Shown one piece after another: positions 53,107 to 62,475 of a DNA stretch of 64,000 nucleotides. The notes beneath the pieces were generated by a model. The model searched no databases and was not told the origin of the DNA. It saw only the letters and a program-made list of their open reading frames with translations. Position numbers and translations under genes: made by a program. Origin of the DNA: Nemertoderma westbladi. Lineage: Eukaryota; Animalia; Xenacoelomorpha. The first letter of the stretch is position 1. Each line of letters begins with the position of its first letter. The stretch is taken from positions 293,056-357,055 of the forward strand of contig JAUCBJ010008363.1 in the NCBI GenBank assembly GCA_032718475.1, written 5' to 3'.

Positions 53107-56100
53107 TTAAGTTGGGGAGTCCCTAGATGTCGGTTGGATTAGGGAAGTGGTCGTGGGAAGAGTTTCTTGCCTTCCATAGTTTCCGGAGAGCTCTCTGTCT
53201 CTTTCCAGTAAACATAAACGACCCACTGGGCGATTGAGCTGTTGAGTCTCAAAGACTATCCCTGGTTTCTTAAAGTTCCGCCGCATGACGACGAGCTCTA
53301 CTGATCTCACCAAACCATCGCTCGAGATATAAGTCTCGATGATACGTCCTGTTTGCCATCGCTTACGTGGGAGATCGGGGTCCACAATAAGCACCATGTC
53401 TCCAGCGCTGACGTTTTCTTGCTGCGCAAACCACTTAGTTCGAAGTTGTAGAGTGGGCAGGTAATGTTTCTCAAAATGGTCAGCGAAACGACGGGATAGC
53501 AACTGCATAAGTTGCCAGGTTCGACGGCAGTACTCGTCTCCGTCTGTGATCTCCGATCGTGGGAGCATGGCTACGGGCTTCTTCAGTAGAAAGTGCGCGG
53601 GTGTTAGCGCTTCCAGGGAATCAGGATTTGAAGAGACTGGCATAAGCGGTCTTTCGTTGAGATAGGCGGCGATTTCCTCCATTAACGTCCGCAATAGTTC
53701 GTCGGTGAGATAAGCGCGACAAGGCACAATAAAGTGGAACGCAGTCTTCACGCTCCTAATCAATCTCTCCCAACTTCCTCCCCACCAAGGGGCGTCGGCG
53801 GCGTTGAAGGTCCAGCTAGACGCTGTTATCCTTAGCTGATCGTCCACCTGTCTTATGTTCCAGTCCTTTACGTAAGCTTGAATTTCGTTGTTGGCGCCAA
53901 TGAAGTTCGTTCCCTTATCCGATCTCATCGTGTTACTGGTTCCGAAACGAGCGATCTGTCGTCGTAAACTCAACACGAAGCTGTTGGTGGATAGATCGTT
54001 TACCATATCGAGATGGATAGCTCTACAAGTCATACAAACGAAGATGACACACCATCTCTTGACTATAGTCCGGGCACGATATACTTCAATAGGGCCAAAC
54101 AAATCCACACCGGTATTAGTAAAGGGTGGTTCATAGAAGCTTACTCTTTCCCTAGGTAATTCTGCCTCTCGCTGTGTTAAAGGCCTACTGAATGCTTTCC
54201 TACAGGGTATGCAGTTCCTAAGAACTTGGTTCAGAGCCCTACGGGGTTTATAAAAATAGTAGCGAGTTCGAATTTCGCTCAGAACTCGCTCTCTACCAGC
54301 ATGGTACAGTTTGCTATGAACATCTACAATTATCTTGATTTGTATTTCAAGATTTCTAATAAGTATGGGAAACTTAGTGTCAAAGGATAATGGGGCGTTT
54401 GTTAGTCGACCCCCAACACGTATTAACCCATCTATCATGGTACTAGAGAAGCGATCCCTTAAGCGCATCTGTGGATTTCTTAACAACAGGAAATACTTAT
54501 CGGAATCCTCATAACATTGTAGGAGTCTCAGCATCTGTTTGTTGGTTTCATCATGCTCCTGGTAACTGATCTTCTCTTTTAGAAACCAGTCGGATATCTT
54601 GTACTTAGGAAGATCTTTAACAACATGGACTCGTGCAGATGTTGATGGAGCATCATCACTGTTGGTCTTTGTCCCGGAGTAACGATGATGAAAACATCGT
54701 TTCAAATAGGTAACAGCTTTACAGAGCCGGTTCCAGGAACTGTAGTGACGTATCGCTCTCTGCAAGAGAGGTGAGAGTCCTTGCGCGATATCTGGTATTC
54801 CAGATTTCCAATCCTTGTCACGGATTTCCAAGACTTCTTTGGTCGTGGCGGTGGGTTTCTGATCCAAAGCGTCCTCTCCGGAAGTAAATAATACAGATAG
54901 ATCAACCGCAGGTTTAAACAACTTCGATTTACTCGCTCGAGTTTTGGGTTTAACTTTCTCCGCTCCCTTGGCTTGTCTGATCTCTGCTGTTGTGAGGTGG
55001 GGAGGCCATTCTTCTTCTTCTTGGTAGAGAAAGTCGGGTCCTCCTAACCATTCAGGAGTATTTACCAATTCCTTTGGAGTCGCTCCTCGGGAAGCGATGT
55101 CTGCTGGATTAATCGTTCCGGGGCAATGCCTCCATTGGTCCATCGTAGTGCGACTAAGTATGATGGCTACTCTGTTGGTAACGAAGACGCTGAACTGACA
55201 GACTTCATTGGTTATATACTCTAACATGAGCAAAGCGTCGGTCCAATAGACAGTTTTCTATAATGAATAGTCAATCTGTTCTGTTACATTCCGGCCGATG
55301 GCTGTAGCGTATAGAGCCGCCTTTAACTCCGCTCGAGGAACTTTCAACTTATTGTTGATTAATGCCTTAGAAGTAACCAAGGCGACTTTGATTCCATCCG
55401 GAGTTTCCACTCTTAGGTAGGCTACTATACCTATTCCCATATCGCTGGCGTCTCCAAACACATGGAGTTGATAGGAATACGTAGGGAGAACATGACCAAA
55501 ATATGAACGGGAAATTATAAAATCCTCGATCGCCGGTAGAGAATCTTCCCATTTCATCCACTTCTTCAATAATTCTCCCTTAAGTGGATCGTCCCATGAG
55601 TGGTTTTCAAGCCACATTTGTTGTACCAAACTCCGAGCAATCAATATAACTGGGCTAATAAATCCCAATGGATCGAAATAAGTGCTCAGTATACTTAAGC
55701 AAATCCGTTTGGTTCGAACTGGATTATCTCGCTGTTTTAGTTGGAAAAACAGGATATCTCTCTCTGTGTCCCATTTCAAGCCGAGTGTCTTGGTTTCTGG
55801 CAGATCATCTTTGGTCAAATCGAGATCTTTCGCTCCTCGATCTTCCTCGGGAATCGACTCCAGAAACTCACGGGAGTTGCTGGTGAATTTCGTTAATCGA
55901 AACCCACCTCTTTTTAAGCACTCTACCGTTCCTTTAGCGACCTCAATGGCTTCCTCAACTGATGGTAGGGACTTCAGGTTGTCGTCCATGTATATGTCTC
56001 GCTTGATGTTGTCGATCACTTCCTTAGAGAAGGCCTCTCGGTTGTCCTCGGCAGTGGTACGCACTACTGAACAGGCGTTGGAAGGGCTTGAGATTATCCC

Positions 56101-57711
56101 AAAGGCCTGGATGGTCATCCAGTACTCCACCGGTTTCAGGTTGAGGTCTCCTTCGGGCCACCATAGAAATCGTAGGCTATCCCGATCCCTATCCAACACT
56201 TTGACTTGCAAGAACATGCCTTCTATATCGGAGGCGAAAGCAATCGAATATTGTCTCAATCTTAAAAGAATTCCCAACAAAGATTGAAGTAAGTTGGGTC
56301 CGGGTAACAATTCAGAGTTAAGGGATTGACCCATGTAAAGAGCGGAGCCATCAAACACTACTCTCACTTCGTGTGGTTTACCGGGTTTAGGAACGTAATG
56401 GTGAGTTAAATAATACGTTCTTTCAGTCACAAGTGTTTCTTCCGGTACCCTCTCCGCGTATCCCTTATTAATAAACTTTTCCAGCTGTGTTTGATACATT
56501 GCTTTCGCTGAAGAATTAGCCGTAAGGCGTCGATGGAGTTGCGCGATTCTTTTTTCCGCCAAAGGTCTGTTATTGATAAACTTCGGTTCTTTCTTACGAA
56601 AAGGTAAACCGACTTCATACCTACCTTGATCTTTGATGAAACGTGTGGTAGTCTCTTGGATCTGCTTGGCCCTTTCCTCTTCCACTGATAAGGCCTTATC
56701 ATAGGAATTGGGCTCTACTGCCTCTTGCGTAAAGAATCGTACAGCATGTTCATCTCGAGTCTTGGCATTACAACGCTCAATGGCGTCATTTAACTCGTCG
56801 TTATACGCTTCTCGTTCAGATGGATAAAGAAGTTGACATAAGTTAACTTGGTTTTGCCAAGCCTCGTTTTCTTTAAGGAGATCGATAGTATTCTCCTCGT
56901 CAAAAAGCTGGTGAATGTTGTCGTTATCTGAGGAGTATGGAGTTCCCTCAGTTAAATCGTCTCCTTCACTAGTATCATCTTCCCATTCACTCACCTGGCA
57001 AACTCGCTCTTGCGGTAGTCTTTCTCTGAGTGTTCTACGGGAAGGTCCAGTAAAGTACCAACCTACTCTAGTTCTTACCGCATAGGTCTGTAGTGGCTGC
57101 GGTTGAGCAGGTCGTTTCTCTAATGTCTCCAGCGCCTCATGCGCGTTTTGGCCGATGAGTATTTGCACTCCAGGATAATCCGTCTTGAATCGGGGTATGT
57201 TAAGATGTTGGATGCTCTCATCCTCGTCCCAATTATAAAGGTCTGCTTGGGTAGTAGCGAAGTTCTTTATAGCTACCATTTTCACTGACCTGATGCTATG
57301 TTCTCCTAGTTCGTCCTGTGGGGTGGACAACGCTCCTACATAATAATCCGCTATTATTGTGGATTTCCAGACTTGCATAATGCCTGACATGTTGAGCATA
57401 GTTCGGAACTTGGGTTGTCCAGCAAATATGTCTTCGGCTAGCTCTTGGTCGATGAATGTTCCTGTACTACCGGAGTCAAGGAGGGCATTCACTACGTAAC
57501 TCCGTTTAGGTCCGTGAATCCTTACCTGGACCACAGGAAATTCTCTAATCCCTACATTGGAAGATGACTCTTTCCAAGATGGTGGTCGTTCAGAAGTAGT
57601 TAGAGTGAGGTCGCTGTCTGTATCTTTTTCATATGTGAGTGCTCGATACACTGCGGTATTTATCAGGTAACAGGATTCGTTTTCGTCGGAGAACTCATCC
57701 GTATAGAATCC
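53107..57711 (-). pseudogene. Element B pol (PR-RT-RNase H-IN), ~1535 codons with a single in-frame TAG at 55258-55260
   Basis: ALLDSGS; SDIEGMFLQV, YMDD; HVFGDASD, RAELKAA, WTDA, NPADIASRG; HSKLYHAG...CIPC; GVDLFGP, SDKGTNF, WWGGSWERLI; LTPAHFL and WQTGRI C-terminus. ORFs 55258-57651 and 53107-55233 share one frame (YSL*KTVYWTDA). Confidence 0.95.
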
Positions 57712-57838
57712 TTATAGAATTATATTCCCTAAATGCCGTGGATTTTCAAAATTTTATTTTATTCGAATTAACTTTGTAAAGATTGCTTTGAGTTCTCATT
57801 AGTATTGGTTCTATCTATTGTGCATCTATCGGTCAAGT

Positions 57839-57925
57839 GGTTCAGTAGCTCAGTTGGTAGAGCGTTGGAAATTATATGTGTAGTAGGTATCGAGTTCGAA
57901 TCCTAGTAAGTGCGAATTATTTTTT
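57839..57925 (+). ncRNA. tRNA-derived Pol III-type cassette (not a functional tRNA)
   Basis: A box TAGCTCAGTTGG 57846-57857 with intact D-stem GCTC/GAGC; B box GAGTTCGAATCC 57892-57903; T6 run 57920-57925; acceptor and anticodon stems do not pair. Confidence 0.7.
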
Positions 57926-57982
57926 GTGCAGAATTTCAACTCATTTAAATTAACCGCTACAAATTAATTGCATTTGTCTGTA

Positions 57983-58160
57983 CCAATAAGGCTGTAGTTA
58001 TTTGATTGTAACCAATGTCGTGCAAGTTATATATTAGCTGGACCAATAAGCTATCTTTAAAACCTTGTTAGAACCCATAGAACAATCGAGAATTTTCTCG
58101 ATTGATTGCAGCACAAATTTAGTATATAAAGGTGCGATTCGTTCATTAGTTATCTCAATC
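57983..58160 (+). promoter_or_regulatory. Pol II promoter of element C LTR
   Basis: CCAAT at 57983, 58012, 58043; inverted repeat 58083-58104; TATATAAA 58123; Inr-like TCATT/TTAGT at 58143-58150. Confidence 0.65.
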
Positions 58161-60228
58161 TTATATCTATACTTCTCAGATTTATTCTGTCGTGCTTAGT
58201 TTATTCTCAGATTACATTGTATTATAATTGTGTCTTCTGTAATAAAGTCAGAATATTCTCTCAGCTTTTCTGTTTTACTATGAATTCACTACGGTGAACA
58301 AACTCAGGGACAGGATGGCCGGCTAGAGATCGGGCCGCAGCAATGAACGGGAACATCACGGGAATGTAGACGAGAGACAACCCGCAATACCATTTTAGAG
58401 TTATTCGCCCATCGCCTGAAAGGTTAGACAGCGTTCGATCCTTGCTACCTAAGTATAAGACCAAAAGATCAAGAGGTAGACGTAGTGACACGCTGCAAGC
58501 CTAAAATTACATCATAGGGACTGTACTGTCTTGATTCAGGAAAACCCACAGTAGACCTTCACATTCCTACGGGGGGGAGGGATAGCGCAGAGCAGATACT
58601 AGTACGCAGATAGGACGTAGGCACACCGGTACAAGGCATACACATTGGTTAGGGTGCAGCAAACTGTACGCTTAACTCTTGCTAAGTACAGGTGTGTGTG
58701 CGACTATTTGCCGTACAACGGTGTCCAGTGCATTAGAACTTGTAGGCTAGGGGGGTTGCTGTGTTTTCACCTGAATTGGGATTGTACCGTTCAGGCGGTA
58801 GGGCAGTTTACGCTAGGCGCAAATAAATTGAGGCTATCAGGGATATACTAACGTCTACCGTGTCCCCGCCAACGCCCTAATAGGAAGTTACCTGGACTAC
58901 CTGGGTGACTAAAATTCTAGATAGGAGCCAGGATAGCTATTAGTACCCGTACGCCTACAGTAGTAAACTAACACATATCTTCTTAGTATCAGGGACCTGG
59001 TACCTAAAATTGCCGAATTCTGGGCGTAGTATTAACCTTATGCCTGAATTTGAGTCCTGGAAATACGCAAGAGGGGAAGGAACCTTATCATTCGTGAGTA
59101 TTGGACCTACAAGTTATAAAATTAGAATATTCGTAAAATGCACACCGTACCCAGTAATTATATATGTGAAGGAGCAAAACTGTTTTGACCGTTCAGAATT
59201 AACACACGCGCGTTAGAAATTATTTACACCTCAAAATATATAAAATTAACTTTTGTCCGTACTGTGCTTTGCTCGCTAGTTAGACATCTCCAAATATCTG
59301 CCTCTGTACCTAGCTAGCGTCCCTTTGCCCAACCATATAAATCACACCGCGGCAAAGTATACGAGCCCCTTAGTCCGTCAGTGAGTCAGCCTGATTTTGG
59401 GATTCGCTGCGCGGGATTTTGTTTTATCGAAGTTTGTCTGCTCGTAGACTGTTTTCTGCCTCACCGGTTATAAGAGATCGATACTGCAATATATTCGCTT
59501 ACTTAGAGTTTACTGTTTTGGTGAGAAGGTCGGATTTATGATTTGATTTACAAACTTTACAGTAGGATATTGCAGGTATTGTTACCGTCTCTTCCATTAG
59601 TAGGAATAGACGTATCTCTTCCAATTAGTAGGAATGTGTTTTACTGAACTACGGTTCGGTAGGACTAAAGTTATTTGAAAAATTTTGTATTTTGAGGTAA
59701 AAATTTGTATTTGATTAGCTAAGTGCTAATTTTTTGAAATAAAATTTGATTTGAACCGCGTGTAAAATATTTTGGAATTGAATACCGGTGTTTAAAAGGG
59801 TTTAAATACCATATTGTACCGGTACAAAATTTTCGTAAAGTAAAACCTAACTCTTTTGTTTTTCAGGATTCAGAACTCATTTCTAGACTGTAACGGGAGC
59901 AAGACCGTGTTTAGCAAGTTTGGGAGATAGATAACTCAACAACTTTGGTTGGGAAAATCGCGTTTCGTCCGCAACGTTAAAAACGGAAAGGTTCACGTCC
60001 GGTTTGTATCTGGGAATCTGTTTTTCTGGAGAATTATTGGAGTGGGTGAGTTCGAAAAGTTGCATAAATAAGTTAGGCATTACCGTATTAGTTAAAAATT
60101 ATTGTGGGTTCCACTGTCTCAAGTATTTATGCATTCCGTATGATTTCTTTGTTCATTGCTGAATTAGTCCGTATTATTGTATTTAATTTACCTTTTGATA
60201 ACGCATATCGTTATCCGATTTATTTGTT

Positions 60229-60353
60229 ATAAAATTGGCCGCTAGGCTAATTTTATTATATACTTATTCCGTGACATTCATTTGCTGTAAAATTGGCCGT
60301 TTAGGCTAATTTTATCCATCTGCTATAAAATCGGCCGGTAGGCTAATTTTATA
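60229..60353 (+). repeat. Three tandem stem-loops upstream of element C gag
   Basis: AAAATTGGCC-loop-GGCTAATTTT at 60229-60256, 60287-60315, 60324-60353. Confidence 0.85.
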
Positions 60354-60436
60354 AGACTGTAATTAGTACCGTTTAGATATAAATACGGTAAACTCGATAC
60401 TTTGACACTCACTTTACTTGACTTACAACTACCGAA

Positions 60437-62470
60437 ATGAGTGACAAACAAGACTATACGAAGAACACACAAACCGACTATGACTCATGTGACGCGGATA
60501 AGTCAGCAGCGGGAGAACCACAGGGGAAGACTCGCGAGCCTACCGAACCTACACCGTGTGCGTCACCAGTACACCCAACGGGAGTACCGGATGCCGTAGT
60601 ACGAGGCGACGGCAGGACCGAGGACTTTCTAACTGTTCCGCAACCTAGATACAGGGAAACGGAAATGGTAAGTTCAGCAGGAAGTACAGAAAGTGTGGTT
60701 AGAAGCGTCGGAGGTTACATGGCGCATATTACCAGGAGTATTGGAGAAGGCCAACGCATATTAGACGGGTTGACCGCTCCGATGTCTCGATTCGAGTTCT
60801 ACACCCTCCAGGTTAGAGTACAGAGTAAAGTATATAAGTCCGTAGATAATCTAGTTGGCCTACAAGATCTAGCTAGACAGAGACAGGACATGGATACTCA
60901 ACTTAGAATCCTCGAGAAACTAATGATCACTAGAGAGAAACTGATTCAGTTTAAGTCGACGATTAGACAGATACAACAGGAACAAGCGGACCAGTTGTTA
61001 GGTGAGTCAGTTTCGGACGAATTATTACAACCCGAGGAAGAACAGGAACTGTACCGACTGGATGGACAATTAAAACACCTGACGGACCACTTACGTATGT
61101 GCGGCGAAGACGTCGGAGATTGGGAAACCGTGCCGGAATATACGAGGGAAACTTCACCCGTACGAATCGAATCAGCACCGGGAATACTGGACCAGTCGTT
61201 GGTAAGTATTCGTAGCGAAATCTGCGAGGGAAGTATAGTCACGTCAGAAGTTGCTCGACAACAGCAAGAATTCCACCGACAACGACAAGAAATGGAAGAA
61301 CAAGCTCAACTTCTAGTGATGCAGGCAGCAGTAGAGGAAGAGAAGCTACGCGTTGCGAATATAGCAAGAATCTCTCATCTACAGGAACAAGCTGAATTAG
61401 AAGCAGCTGAAGTAGAAAGGTTAGAAATAGACATTGCCCGACAAGCGGCAGCGGCAGCGGCCGAGTTGGAGCGACAAGCAGCAGCGGCCGAGTTGGAGCG
61501 ACAAACGGCAGCGGCAGAATTACAACGAGAAAGGTTAGTTTCGGAGGCGCGGGCCGAAATGAAAACACGGCAAATAAAGGCTCAATCCGCTATACGACAA
61601 GCGGAGTTTGAGGCGCAACGACAACAAACGGAACAACGAGAGAAGACAGCTAAACTTCATTTCGAACTCGAGAAGAAGGCGAGAGAATTAGCGAACGCTG
61701 AGGAAGATCTGGATCAAAAGGCCCGCGATAGATCGATGAGATCTCGTGACGGACATGATTTGGACCAGTTAGAGGTAAGACATCGCCAAATTCAGGAACG
61801 GAAGAAGGAAGGAAGCGTAGGAGCACCCGGACGGGAACGACAATTAGTAAAAGACGTGTGTCAACGATTCCCACAGGTAACTCATATGTTTGCACCGGTT
61901 ACGACTAAGGAACCTGTTTCGATTGCGGGTAGTAGTAACATTTCTCCTATCCATGGTGCGACGGAACACAGGTTTGTTATTCCGGACGAGTTTACACCGC
62001 CAAGAGCAACGTCGTCGCCCATTCCGAAAGTCAAGGTAAGTAACCCACCGATTACGGATCGTAGTAGTTTATTGACCGGACCCGCACTACTGACGACAAA
62101 ACAGGTGAGTCCACCTTTGACACCTAAACCCGTTACACATTACGCTTATCCAATGACGTTTCGACCTACAAGGCCAGTTGTTTCAAATGCTGTCATTCGC
62201 CCACCGAACCAGTTTACATCGCAATCTACGACTTCGAGGAAGACTTGTGAGCCTACCGAACAACGGAGAACAGTGGATACGCGACCGTTCAACCAGTTTA
62301 CATCGCAATCTACGACTTCGAGGAAGACTTGTGAGCCTACCGAACAACGGAGAACAGTGGATACGCGACCGTTCAACCAGTTTACATCGCAATCTACGAC
62401 TTCGAGGAAGACTTGTGAGCCTACCGAACAACGAAAGCGAGACGATGTTCCGAAACGAACCGTTACCTAA
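60437..62470 (+). CDS. Element C gag N-terminal region (acidic N-terminus, helical domain, coiled coil, Pro/Ser/Thr linker), truncated
   Basis: 677-aa ORF; GYMAHITRSIGEGQRILD resembles element A AHAGHITRTTDKVRKMLA; RQAAAAELE repeats; ends 5 nt before an insertion. Confidence 0.7.
   Translation: MSDKQDYTKNTQTDYDSCDADKSAAGEPQGKTREPTEPTPCASPVHPTGVPDAVVRGDGRTEDFLTVPQPRYRETEMVSSAGSTESVVRSVGGYMAHITRSIGEGQRILDGLTAPMSRFEFYTLQVRVQSKVYKSVDNLVGLQDLARQRQDMDTQLRILEKLMITREKLIQFKSTIRQIQQEQADQLLGESVSDELLQPEEEQELYRLDGQLKHLTDHLRMCGEDVGDWETVPEYTRETSPVRIESAPGILDQSLVSIRSEICEGSIVTSEVARQQQEFHRQRQEMEEQAQLLVMQAAVEEEKLRVANIARISHLQEQAELEAAEVERLEIDIARQAAAAAAELERQAAAAELERQTAAAELQRERLVSEARAEMKTRQIKAQSAIRQAEFEAQRQQTEQREKTAKLHFELEKKARELANAEEDLDQKARDRSMRSRDGHDLDQLEVRHRQIQERKKEGSVGAPGRERQLVKDVCQRFPQVTHMFAPVTTKEPVSIAGSSNISPIHGATEHRFVIPDEFTPPRATSSPIPKVKVSNPPITDRSSLLTGPALLTTKQVSPPLTPKPVTHYAYPMTFRPTRPVVSNAVIRPPNQFTSQSTTSRKTCEPTEQRRTVDTRPFNQFTSQSTTSRKTCEPTEQRRTVDTRPFNQFTSQSTTSRKTCEPTEQRKRDDVPKRTVT
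62207..62433 (+). repeat. Perfect 84-bp tandem repeat, 2.7 copies
   Basis: aaccagtttacatc starts at 62207, 62291, 62375. Confidence 0.95.
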
Positions 62471-62475
62471 AGAGG

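Larger units (their letters stand above)
52685..57711 (-). mobile_element. Bel/Pao LTR retrotransposon, element B (3' half; cut off upstream of protease by element C)
   Basis: PR-RT-RNase H-integrase order, PPT and LTR-like end. Confidence 0.93.
57713..58293 (+). repeat. Probable 5' LTR of element C (~580 bp; ends approximate)
   Basis: Starts where the element B frame breaks; CCAAT x3, TATATAAA 58123-58130, AATAAA 58241-58246; imperfect termini tatag...ctacg. Confidence 0.55.

Noticed and set aside
57702-57720. tatagaat direct repeat as a target-site duplication
   Set aside because: The copies are 3 bp apart at one junction and do not flank an element; chance or repair filler.
57839-57915. 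Functional tRNA gene
   Set aside because: Acceptor, anticodon and T stems do not pair; kept only as a Pol III-type cassette.
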